Program-made: the position numbers and the translations under genes
From: Octopus vulgaris
Lineage: Eukaryota
Assembly: GCA_951406725.2 (NCBI GenBank)
Contig: OX597835.1
Location: 49,910,001 to 49,974,000 of the forward strand
Direction of reading: 5' to 3'
DNA: 64,000 nt
Part shown: positions 26,621 through 38,656 of the stretch, piece after piece
Numbering within the stretch: the first letter of the stretch is position 1
How the letters are laid out: the number at the start of each line of letters is the position of its first letter
The notes under the pieces: generated by a model
What the model was told of the DNA's origin: nothing
Database searches by the model: none
The model's input: only the letters and a program-made list of their open reading frames with translations

Positions 26621-27695
26621 GATAGTTACTGGTATAGCGATTTCAGATTACCTCCCATTCAGATTAAACCCCGGTAACTTGAAATCGCTTTCAGATTATC
26701 CCCGGGGTAATTTGAATTCGATTTCAAGTTACCCCCCTACGGTTCCAGATTACCTCCACCTCAAATCCTTCCCAATCCTTAAATGTTCATCACAGTGATA
26801 GCAAATAGGGAGATAATGGGTGAACCCATCACATGTATGTATTGATGTTTATTACGTGTGGGTGCGTAATGTACATTCGTAAATGAAAGAGAAAGTAAGA
26901 AAGAAATAAAAGAGAAAGTAAGAAAGAAACGAAAGAGAAAGTAAGAAAGAAACGAAAGAGAAAAGCATAGCTTTCATTTAGTTGGCGTTTTCACTTAGTT
27001 ACTTAGAGCTGAAGAAATCTGAAAGAAGTCTATCCCGAGTGGCTATTTTTAGTACACAAGACAAAGATGACAACATTGATTTGATATTTGATTATGTTGT
27101 TAGCAACAAATATGGAGCTCATGTGTCCAAAAAGGAAAAGAGAAAGCAAGTAGAGTTATGACTTGCACTCGAGAGCAAACCAAACAACCAGATATGAGAA
27201 TGCGGCAAATATGCAATGGACTGGCGGTGGTATGAAAGGGTAGATGTGTAGTAAATAGTTTAATAAAGGGTGGATATGTAATAGGGTAGAGGTAATGTGA
27301 TAGTGTAATGGTGTTATAACAATTGGATTCCTTTCACGTTTTGCCACCTAAATAACAACATCAACACGAAAAGAAAACAACTTTATTTTCTTCAAAACTG
27401 TTTTGTTATTTTTTCCGATTTTCTTTAGTTATTTCCAAGATACTTTTACGAAAACAAAGTTTCCAAAACAATTTGTCTTAAGAACATTTAGAATATCTTG
27501 GTTATCGGCAAAAAAAAAAAAAAATAAATAAATGAATAGCGAAAGGTTTATTTAGAATCTAAAAATGAACAGAAGTTCTTTAAACTTCCCACTTTCAATT
27601 ATTTGTTTCTATAAAGCTTGTTTCCAGTTTATTCTTCCTTTTAAACTCTGTATTTCCTGAACCAGTTTTTGTTTTTTCTTCGACTTAAGCAAGAA

Positions 27696-28051
27696 TTAAA
27701 AATAGGATGACATCTGTAGCCCAGTGACAACAACAACAAACAATACGTATATAGAAGGGAAAATTAAGGAAGCGTTGCCCGGAGTAGCACAGGACTTTAT
27801 ATACTGGACGAATTTTGCAAACATCGTCTCTTTGTCTTCTTTTTCAGCCGTCGTCATGTTTTCTCCGTGCTTTCTATCAACCGTATTTTTGATGTCGCCC
27901 TTTACTATCGTCATGTCTTCTTTGACGTTCTCAAATATCGTCTCTTCAACATCATTGTTAAGCAACATCGGTTTCACTTCGTCTTGCAGTAGTGAAACAG
28001 TTGCTTTTGGTGGGATTATTGCGTAGCTAGAATTATCACAATTCATCGAAT
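27696..28051 (-). CDS. Orphan gene B, terminal coding exon
   Basis: Acceptor TTTTTCTTATCTCTCTTCAG; phase 1; (D)SMNCDNSS..acidic stalk..FAKFVQYIKSCATPGNASLIFPSIYVLFVVVVTGLQMSSYF*. Confidence 0.8.
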
Positions 28052-28862
28052 CTGAAGAGAGATAAGAAAAAAGGTTTATTTTAGATGAAGTATGGATGCT
28101 GGCAATATCGATGAGCTCTACAATAAGTAACAAACTATACGGAAAGCTAAATAATTAACTTGGTGGTTTCATTTGAAGCCGCCATGTAAACGTATGGACC
28201 AGTGGGGACAGACACATGCCCGTCTCTAAAGGGATGCACTAGGCGACACTGACCCCTCCCTACGATTCAATGGTGCATCCTCAGATTCAGAAAATACAGT
28301 TTACAAAAATCTTCCCGTAATACGTTTCTTGAAGTCTCGCTTACTTTTCTCCTTATACCAGGACGAAAAATAATTGTTATAATGATAAACCAGATGAACC
28401 AAAGAGACTGGTCAAAAATTCTCCAAGGAAATAAGGGAAGAAGTGATACCGAATGAAAGAAGAAAAAGCAAAAACGAAAAACGTCAACACACACACACAA
28501 TAGACTTGCTGTAATCATTTGGGATAGAGAAGAGAAACTGTGGCACAGTTGTGGAAATGAGCTGCTGCCCAGTGGATGTTAACATAAAGCTGATGATCAG
28601 TGGAAAAGAGAATACCGACGCTGAACAACTGAGAAATCTGCAGTTACTCTAGCCAGATTACAAGCTCAGGTTTATGCCTGTAATTATTGGGAAGCTGGGA
28701 TATATGTAACACTCTGCCTAAATACCAATCTTGAGAAATTAAGCTTCTCAAAACCAGAAAAAGAGAAAGCTGATTCGAAGACGACAGATCCAAGCCATCA
28801 CTTATATATTTATCATTTAAATATGTAAGAGCATGTCTAGATATGCGAGTATATGCATGAGA

Positions 28863-28901
<39 letters not shown>

Positions 28902-29137
28902 GAAATTATTGTATACAGTGCTCAGGTGCACCACAACTTGTCAGAAAGTGCATATAAAGTACATGCAGTAGTGTAGAAATGTCTGGAAAGTGAACATGCT
29001 TGTGTGTGTATGGAGGGGAGAAAATCAAGTGTAGTGTTGGCGAATCTCAGGAAGCATGGAAGTTTTGAAGGATATATATAAAACAAAACATAAATCTGCC
29101 CGTATACAAACATACATACATACATACATACATACAT

Positions 29138-29170
<33 letters not shown>

Positions 29171-29257
29171 TACATACATACATACATACATACATACATA
29201 CATACATACATACATACATACATACATACCCTGTTGTTGATGTTGAAATTCCAATTA

Positions 29258-29330
29258 AGGAGCCAATATCATGGAGAATCCTAGAAAATCCAGGCCCTAC
29301 ATAAACGGGACTAAGCGTTGTAAACTGTAG
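29258..29330 (+). mobile_element. Penelope-like GIY-YIG C-terminal remnant
   Basis: With one frameshift reads ISWRILE(K)SRPYINGTKRCKL, like the I.W.IL....PY....KRC.LC motif. Confidence 0.45.
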
Positions 29331-29626
29331 CGGAATGGGCGAGGATACGAAAGGACTCTCTCGACCCAGGAACATTCTTAACTCCAGAACGGAACTTTTT
29401 GCTGGCTTACTGGAACCCACAAAATAATAGGGTCCCTTACGATCGATAGCCGAAGGGAGACAATCCCCTGTTGTTGACATTGAGTAGCGAGGTTACTTCC
29501 TCATCCATTTTCTAGAGAGGCCATAAGCCAATAGGTTTGGGATCTGATCATATGCCGTAAAGCTAAGCGCTTTATGAACGTGAAACCCAGGGTAGTCCCA
29601 TAGACCGGCCTTATCTAACTTTATTG

Positions 29627-29662
<36 letters not shown>

Positions 29663-29856
29663 AACCACACATGCTTTACTTGGGACTTTTTTCCTTCTCT
29701 CCGGATCATGCCTCTCTCCTCCTTCTGACGAAGAGCCATGCACGAAACGTTACACACCCCACATTTTTTTCCATCTTAAACTGAGCGTAAACCTAATACA
29801 TTTACCGTGTGCATCTTTTTTGTTGTTTTCGCTTTTATTTTTATAATCGATTCGCC

Positions 29857-29897
<41 letters not shown>

Positions 29898-30540
29898 GCA
29901 CGCTGCAAATTTTGCCGTGCACCTTATATTGGAAAAACCGTCTATCATGTTGCCGATCCCTTTTGCAGCCCCCTATAACGTATGTCACCTCCCACTTCAA
30001 CGCAACGAACCCTTCCGTTAACCATTGATCAGTGTGTGGGAGCGTCTCTGTACATCATAGGACCACACACACACACACACACACACACACGGGTAAACGG
30101 AAGGAACAATGTATCATATTCAAACTCGGAACCACGGTGTTGCTGGGTTTCAATCAATGTTTTCCCTTCTGCTACTCTTTCACCACACTTTCATTCAATA
30201 ATCCAATTTTTTATCCTTCAGTTTATCTCTCACCGCATTTCCACCCCACCCACTTCTCTTCTTTTCATTTCTTTTTCCTTCTTCTTCATCTCTCATCTAG
30301 TTTCTCTTTCTAATCTCCCAATAATTTCTGTCTTGATTTCCGCATCACTTGCAGCCAATTGTTTAAAAAATCGTCGATGTAACTCTGCAGCCCTTTTCTC
30401 CACCCCACCTTTCCCCCCTTCTTATAATTTCAATCTTAGAAAGGATACTGTCCGAAACGTTGCATACGCCAATCTTCACAGCAATTTCACGGCACTCTTT
30501 CGGTCACTTTTTCCCCAAATCTAACCAAATTACAACATAC

Positions 30541-30655
30541 CTAATGCGCCCATATTGATGGTTAGATCCTTTGATTCTGTTACTGGATCCTGAGCCGCAA
30601 CAAAGTGAAGAATTGTAACGCATTGCAAAAGAAACATCAAGGAACGGTTTTTCAT
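30541..30655 (-). CDS. Orphan gene B, first coding exon (signal peptide); exon starts at 30736 with 5' UTR
   Basis: Acceptor TTTTTCATTTAAG at 30737-38; ATG 30655 (AAAATG); MKNRSLMFLLQCVTILHFVAAQDPVTESKDLTINMGAL+G; donor GTATGT; phase 1 joins 28051, giving 156 aa. Confidence 0.8.
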
Positions 30656-30823
30656 TTTTGATTTCGTAACGTCTTTCTTCTTCTCGTTATTGGTGTTGAT
30701 CTTATCGTTGCTGTCGTCTTCACTCGGAGTTTGTATCTTAAATGAAAAACAAAACAAGATAAACAAATCAAACATTATTAATTGACTCAAACGAAAAAAG
30801 TGGAAGAGATGACAGTTAAACAA

Positions 30824-30901
<78 letters not shown>

Positions 30902-30999
30902 CGTGTGTGTTTCGGCAGCGTAGCGACGGATACGACCAAGTATAAATAAATAAAAAAGAAGGGAGTAAGAAACGAAAGTGACAAGTTGATATCATGGTG

Positions 31000-31579
31000 T
31001 ATATAAGTTGTGCGAGTCTGTTTTGGCGATCTCTTTTAATATTTTGATCGTTTTTTTTTAATTACCTGCTCATTTCAGTACCTTTTATAAGCTCCTTAAT
31101 TGTCATAATAATTTTACTTGTTTCACCGTTACTTAGCCTGTCCGTAACGCTTCCATGCGATTAGTTGAAGGAGTAGGGAGGGAAGAGGGAGGTGATGGGA
31201 GGTGGGGAGGAGAGGTGGTGGTGAGTGAAATGTGTTATTTTTTTTTTAACTAAGTATTTTTACTCTGTTACTTAGCCTGTCTGTTATGCTTTCATGTAAT
31301 TAGTTGAAGGGAAAGATGAAGAGCAAAAGAAAAAAGAGAGAAAAAAGAGGGAGAGTGTTGTATATTAAGTCTATAAAATTGTGCATAAAGTATATAAAGT
31401 TCATTGAGTGATCATTGTATTCCAATTTTCTTCACATTTCAATGAATAGCGCAAATGAACGACTCTCTTTTGATACAGACATAACACAGGCTACACTTTC
31501 AGGCTTTTGGGATAAAGTTTTCAGACGCAGCCCAATGAGTTTACCATTAATTCTGTGAAATATTCACAGGTCCCGCTAG
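31000..31579 (+). mobile_element. Possible non-autonomous Helitron 3' portion (5' boundary uncertain)
   Basis: Hairpin CTGTGAA-ATA-TTCACAG (31553-69) followed by CTAG|T; internal duplication of TTACTTAGCCTGTC..TTAGTTGAAGG. Confidence 0.45.
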
Positions 31580-31743
31580 TTTACTATATTTTATTATTGC
31601 CGTTAGTTCTTAACGTTTTTCGTTTAAATCTTTTATCGATTATTTTATTGTCATTTCATTTTCTATCTTAACCCCAAAAGTGTTAAGATAGAAAATGAAA
31701 TGACAATAAAATAATCGATGAAAGATGAAATACATGCATACGT

Positions 31744-31816
<73 letters not shown>

Positions 31817-31889
31817 TGTGTGTGTCTGTGTATGTGTGCGTGTGTGTGTGTGTCTGTGTGTGTGTGCGTGCGTGTGTGTGTGTGATAGT

Positions 31890-33790
31890 GCATTTAAAGC
31901 AACTTGATGTGGTAATATACACATTATATCGCCCACCCGATATCTCAAAGCACGATGATGAAGTTGAAGGGGAAAATGTACTAAGAAAACTAGATTATTG
32001 CGTTAATGTGCTTTTGATGGGTAACTTCAACTTCGCGAACGTAAGATGGCCGGAAGGTGGCATAATCTCACGAATGACACGCAAAGAGCACAGTCAAGCA
32101 GAATCCCTGCTTGATCTCATGGAAAAGATGTCCATGAAACAAACCATCCTCTCTCCAACCAGAAAGAAAAACCATCTTAGATCTCTGCTTCACCAACAGT
32201 GGGGAATTTATCTGCGATGTGAATCTATCACCAACAATTTTCTCAGATCATAACAGAATTGAGAACGTCTATCCCGGAAGTAAAGATGTATTCCACACAA
32301 AAGACACCCAAACCCTATCCAGTTTGAATTTCTACGTGGCTGACTGGATCTCACTTGAAGAACAGGAACTCCAGCAAAACTGGTTTCAAGTCTTTCTATT
32401 CAAAACATTAATATGAAACTTAAAAGAATTCCTGTCAACGATGCGAGCCATATGCGTTAAATTTGTTCCAGAGAAGAGAGCCAATACATACAAATGCACC
32501 ATTCTCCGAAACAGGAGAGTCGTTAGGAGACGGAGAATAAAGATCTCCAATTGTTTTATAAATAGCTTAATGACAATGAGAAATTCCTCCTCAAAGGGAC
32601 ACTCTTAGATATCGAAAATAAACCCAGACATTCGCAAGGAAAAAGAAAGGGTAGGAAGAGAAACCAAGGGGCGGGGAGGATAATATAAAAGTTAATCCTA
32701 AAGTCTTCTCCAAGTCTGCGAAAGAATCTATCTCAGTGCACTCCAAGACAGGAGCCACTGTTTGAAGGAGATAATCCACTGACTGCTGACCCCCGCCCCC
32801 GGCAAGTGAAGTGCTAAATAAACAATTCCAAAGTGTCTCCACCTATTCCCTGGGGAATATGCAAATGAGCAAGCCTGGTAAGTTCTTAAACACTGCAGAT
32901 CTACATGTGAAAGAAGCAACCATCGATTATGAGCTCGAACCCAGCAACGGGCCTCGATGGATTTACAGCCGTTCTTTGAAAAAAGGTCACAAGGAAGTTC
33001 TTGCAGAACCACTTCAGATACTTTTTCAGAGTTTACTTGCATGTGGCTAACTTCCTAAAACGTTAAAAGAAGGCATAATATGCCTTATTCATAAAGGAGG
33101 AAGTAGGGCAGATGCTAAAATACACAGGCTTATCTCTCTGACAGCACATGTTTGCCATGGAACGCATTGTCAGGTGGGGGCCGAACACGTTCGTGGAAGA
33201 AAATAACCTGCTCACAGACACACAACATGGCGTCCGTCCGGGGAGAAACCGCTACTACAGTATTATGACTGGGTACTGGAACAACTCAAATGTGGATGTG
33301 ATAAGTTTCGACTTTGCCAAGGCCTTCGACAGTTGGTCATGGGATATGTCACAAACTGCGTGACGTTGGTATCATTGGAAAATTAGGGGATTGGCTGCAA
33401 AACTTTTTTTAAAAGGCAGAAGCCAATGATGCTCTCTCTGGGAAGACATCAATTTTCAGTAGAGTCCCTCAAGGAACAGTACTGGGACCACTACTGTTTG
33501 TGGTAACTCTTTCAGACATGTCCTCAGCTCTGCTAGTGATACAAAAGTATCACAGGTGGTCAACGACCCTGATGACACCCTAAAACTGCAGAAAGACCTG
33601 AACGAAATATACAAGTGGGCTGATGGAAATAACAAAGTAGTTCAATGCTGAGAAGTTTCAAGCATTCTACTGTTAGGCTTAAGTCGGAATACAGAGGACC
33701 AGGGGTAGTGTAATCCCAAAGTCAGAGTCAGGATGTGACCTGGGAAATCTACAGGAGTGATGATGCAACTTTCCATACACTTCATTTAGT
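31890..33790 (+). mobile_element. Heavily degraded CR1-like LINE
   Basis: Endonuclease LYRPPD..LLMGNFNF, then DFAKAFD and VPQGTVLGPLLF motifs with many stops and frameshifts. Confidence 0.85.
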
Positions 33791-33838
33791 CTGCGATGAT
33801 TATACTCGTGTAACGAGGCGACAACCATCGTGAACGTA

Positions 33839-33922
33839 TTGTGAGAGACCTCCTACTCTTTGTGAGAGACCTCCTACTCTTTGTGAGAGACCTCCTACTC
33901 TTTGTGAGAGACCTCCTACTCT
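33839..33922. repeat. 21-bp tandem repeat, 4 copies
   Basis: Unit TTGTGAGAGACCTCCTACTCT. Confidence 0.95.
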
Positions 33923-34679
33923 CTGTTTAGAAATCTCTCTTCAAGAGAAAAGTTTAAAAAACAAAACAAAAAACACTCGTCTCATTGCGAAGCCGCGGAT
34001 ATTTACTCTTGCTTGTTTCTGGACTATTTCACTTTGCAGATGAGTCTTAGCGATGCTGGACCTGTTGTACCTGTTGTACCTGTTGTATTGACTTCAAATT
34101 TCAGCACCGGCCGAGCTGACGACCATCGTCTTTAACATCTACAATAATTTCTATCACAGCATTACACGTTGTGAGAACGACTCAGGCTTTCGAATCCTGC
34201 CAGCGACTTTGCCAGAATTTGTTGTAGCTTTGACATTCATCCGAATTCTCTGACTGCTTGGTTGTTCCGGATTATTCTGATAATGTTCTCTGTGCACCCT
34301 CATCTACCTAGATAATCCAGAATGATTTACAGATGCTTTCTAGTGGAAAGTGCATTTGTGTTTGGCCCCCAAAATAAAGTCGTTGTAATTTGTAACAGGT
34401 CTTTCTGAGTGATTTCTGTGGTGTTTCACTAGACTTTCGCGACACACACACACTGCCCAGTCTTCTCCTTGGCCATCGTCGACAATGACAGGCGAGCTTA
34501 TGTATATATGTATGTATATAGTCATTAGGCAAGTTGAATGCATTTACATAAATACATACATATGTGTATATATACAAAGTCCACTCAAAAAGTGAATACA
34601 CACTTGTCTGAATAACTGAATAAATTTAGTATCAAAATATTTCTACGTTTTCCTTTTCTTGTAGTTTATATATATATAC

Positions 34680-34713
<34 letters not shown>

Positions 34714-35720
34714 ATAGATGTTGGCTTCAATTCCTTGACCGGGTGGTGCGTGGTGTTCTCGAGCAAAACACTTCATGTTACTCTGCGATCCCTTCCGACA
34801 CCTGACGCGTGGCACACCGTGCACCTGTTCAAGCAATGTCCATTGGATGGAGTGGGGAGGGAGCCAATGTGCGGGACATGCCACTTTCATACCGGGTATC
34901 CAACTTTCCTCCAGTTTGGTAGGGGACAAGCGTTATACTTCACTTTCCACACTCTACTTCGACTGGGAACCTGAATCTATTGAAAAGAGTTTTCTATACT
35001 GGAAACGTTGAGTTTAGTTTTCGGGAATCGTAACCCAGCGAAGATAACCTATCTGCAGATTTTCAAACTAGAGGCTTGAGTAGTCAACTGCCTTGTATTG
35101 AAGACATTTCACACTATCCTTATCCGTTAACACGATGGGAAAACTCGAATCGTTCCTCAAAATGTTTCCGAACGCCTAAGGAAGTCTAGCTTTTGCATCG
35201 ACATTTATAAGTCTCAGACACAACCTATATCTCAACAGGAAAACCAGCCTACCAATCGGATCCCTGAAAGATTTACCTGGATATTCATCTCTTTCCAAAA
35301 CAACACAGGTCACCTCATTCGATATGGTTTGACGACGTTGTGGTCAATTAGACATTCAAACGCATCGGTTTCGTCTGCTTTTGCTTCGTTAATGGCTATT
35401 AATCTGAGGTTGCTGACTCGAAGTCATACAGCAACTCACCTGACCCTGCTTCTATTTGAACCCCAGTCCATATGCATCTCATTCTCAACCAATTTTACCT
35501 ATGCCCCCACCACCACCATAACATACATGTATGAAAACATCGGCTAAAAGAACCGTTCCTTTTGGCACGAAGTCCCAGAGAAAAGTTCTCTGCCCGTGTG
35601 ACAGACACTCCTTTCTCATTGTCAGAAATGGTGTGAAACAAGGTTTTGCGCGTTGGAATCCTTTAACCAACGGCGCTTCATTTACATAAAATAAAATAAA
35701 ATTAATAGAAATCAACTTAC

Positions 35721-35915
35721 TTCAGCGAATGGGAAATATTTTCTTAGAAAAAAATTACTATGATTGAAAGTTGCAAAACATTAAAATGTATTATTTGTTT
35801 TTTAATATTCTTCCGTAATTTTTTAAAACTTGGTTAAAAAAAATGAAAGAATTTTTTCAATCTACTTTTATGAAGTTTCGAACTGGAATAAAATAAAAGG
35901 AAATTTTTTAAACGC
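35721..35915 (-). other. Predicted non-coding first exon of orphan gene B (5' boundary approximate)
   Basis: Donor GCTGAA|GTAAGTT; similar to the gene A region at 20070. Confidence 0.5.
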
Positions 35916-35942
35916 GGCGTTTTTTTTTTTGACATTTCATTG

Positions 35943-35962
35943 TGACGTCATTGATTACGTCA
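35943..35962. promoter_or_regulatory. Paired CRE-type sites upstream of gene B
   Basis: TGACGTCA at 35943-50 and TTACGTCA at 35955-62. Confidence 0.5.
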
Positions 35963-36842
35963 GACGGGAAAACCCCGTTTTGTGATAAAAACTGAAATCT
36001 GTCAGAAGTTGTCTCCCCTACAACAATAAATTACGATAAAAATATTTTTATCTTTTACTTGTTTTACGCATTAGACAATGGCCACGCTGGGGCACCGCCT
36101 CGAAGAATTTCTAGTCGAATGAATCCACTCGAGTACATAAAAAAAAACCCTGGTACTTATTCTATCAGTCATAAACATACCAACACCGTTGTCAAGCGGT
36201 GGTTAGGGACACACACACACACACAGTTATGTGTGTGTATATACGACGGGCTTCTTTCAGTGTTTCCATCTACAAAATCCACTCAAAAGGCTTTGGTCGG
36301 CCCAAGACCATAGTAGGAAACACTTGGCCAAGGTGCCATGCAGTGGAACTGAACCTGGAACCATGTGGTTGGGAAGCAAAGGGCTAATGTTGTTTATTCA
36401 TCTTCAATCCTTGGACATTACTGCCTCGAGTGCCGGGACTCGTCACCCACTTTCCGTGACGCGTAAGTAACTGAGACTGCAACATTACAGAGTCACCAGT
36501 CCGTTGCAGATGAATGGTGTGGCTCTGGGAAACGCTCAAGAACACAACCCATCACCCAGTCCGAAAATCGAAACCAAGACCTTGCAATCGGCAGAGCAAC
36601 ACTAGGCCACCTACCCTCACTCTTCCTTACCACACTAATTACTTTCAATTAAACACTTAGTTTTTATGCTCATTTATGGAAACATTAATTTAATTACTGT
36701 TTTCCATGCAGATGTCTTTTTTCTTCTTTTTTTTTTAATTGTGGGACCTCGATGAAGTGGTCGTATTTGTTGTCTTTGTAATTCCTCAAAGACCAACGAG
36801 ATTGATATCATTTAATGTTCCTCTTGACCATAGTAGGAAACA

Positions 36843-38567
36843 CCAGGGAAAAGCACCACTGATGCCATATTCCTGGTAAGACAGCTGCAGGAGAAATACC
36901 TAACCAAAGATAAGCCCCTGTGCCTGGCTTTTGTTGACATGGAGAAAGCCTTCGACAGGATCCCCTGATCCCTCATCTGGTGGTCAATGAGGAAACTAGG
37001 GATAGATGAATGGTTAGTGAGAGCTGTGCGAGCCAAGTACAGGGACGCTGCTAGTAAGGTGAGGGTTGGCGACGAGTACAGTGAAGAATTCCGGGTAGAG
37101 GTAGGGGTCCACCAAGAATCAGTCCTCAGCCCCCTCCTATTTATCATAGTCCTCCAGGCAATAATGGAGGAATTCAAGATGGGTTGCCCCTGGGAGCTCC
37201 TCTATGCTGATGACCTTGCTCTAATTGCTAAGTCACTATCAGAACTGGAGAAGTTTCAGGTGTGGAAGCAAGGATTAGAATCGAAGGGTTTTAGAATCAA
37301 CCTAGCTAAAACCAAAGTCCTAATAAGTAGGAAGGTAGATAAATCACAAACGCCTTCAGGTAGATGGCCTTGCTCAATCTGTAGAAAAGGCGTAGGTAGA
37401 AACTCTATAAGTTGCACCAAGTGTAAGCTATGGACACATAAAAGGTGCAGCAATGTCAAAGGAAGGCTAACTAGGAAAATAGTTTTTGTTTGTGGCAGAT
37501 GCTCAGGAGCAATAAACACTGAAAATGTGCAGAGACCAACTTCCGCCACATTCCAGGGAGAAAAACTAGAAATAGTTGATAGTTTCCGTTACCTAGGTGA
37601 CCAAGTCAGTAGCGGGGACGGGTGTCTGAAAGTGTAACTGCTAGAGTAAGAATAGCCTGGGCAAAGTTCAGAGAGCTCTTACCCCTGCTGGTGACAAAAG
37701 GCTTCTCGCTAAGAGTAAAAGGCAGACTGTATGACACATGTGTACGAACAGCCATGCTACATGGCAGTGAAACATGGACCGCGACTGCTGAGGATATGCG
37801 TAAATTCGCAAGAAATGAAGCCAGTATGCTCCGATGGATGTGTAATGTCAGTGTTTATACTCGACAGAGTGTAAGTACCTTGAGAGAAAAGTTGGACCTA
37901 AGAAGCATCAGTTGTGGTGTGCAAGAGAGACGTTTGCGTTGGTATGGTCATGTGGCAAGAATGGATGAAGATAGTTGTGTGAAAAAGTGCCACACCCTAG
38001 CAGTTGAGGGAACCTGTGGAAGAGGTAGACCCAGGAAAACCTGGGACGAGGTGGTGAAGCACGACCTTCGCTCTTTAGGTCTCACCGAAGAAATGACCAG
38101 AGACCGAGACCTTTGGAAGTATGCTGTGCGTGAGAAGACCCGGCAGGACAAGTGAGACCATAACCCGTGGCCTCTACCTGGGATGTAGCCAGTCCACTTA
38201 TGCATACCTTTCCTTCTTGGGACACAAATGAAAATTGTAGCTATGATACCAGTGCCAGTGACACGTAAGAGAACCATCCGAACGTGGCCGTTGCCAGCGC
38301 CACCCCGACTGGCCTCCGTGCTGGTGGCACGTAAAAAGCACCATCTGATCGTGGCCGTTTGCCAGCCTCCTCTGGCACCGGTGCCGGTGGCACATATAAA
38401 AAACCCACTACACTCACGGAGTGGTTGGCGTTAGGAAGGGCATCCAGCTGTAGAAACATTGCCAGATCAGACTGGGCCTGGTGCAGCCTTCTGACTTTCC
38501 AGACCCCAGTTGAACCATCCAACCCATGCTAGCATGGAAAGCGGATGCTAAAAGATGATGATGATGA
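36843..38567 (+). mobile_element. 5'-truncated RTE-clade LINE
   Basis: PGKSTTDAIF, FVDMEKAFD, GVHQ.SVLSP, LYADDL, Cys-rich insert, RLRWYGHV..RGRPRKTW; 3' UTR with ~63-bp repeats; (GAT)n tail. Confidence 0.95.
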
Positions 38568-38587
38568 TATATATATATATATGTGTG

Positions 38588-38654
<67 letters not shown>

Positions 38655-38656
38655 TA

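Noticed and set aside
28922-31948. ORFs rich in VC/HT/YI/MYVC repeats
   Set aside because: Translations of (CA)n, (TA)n and (TACA)n microsatellites.
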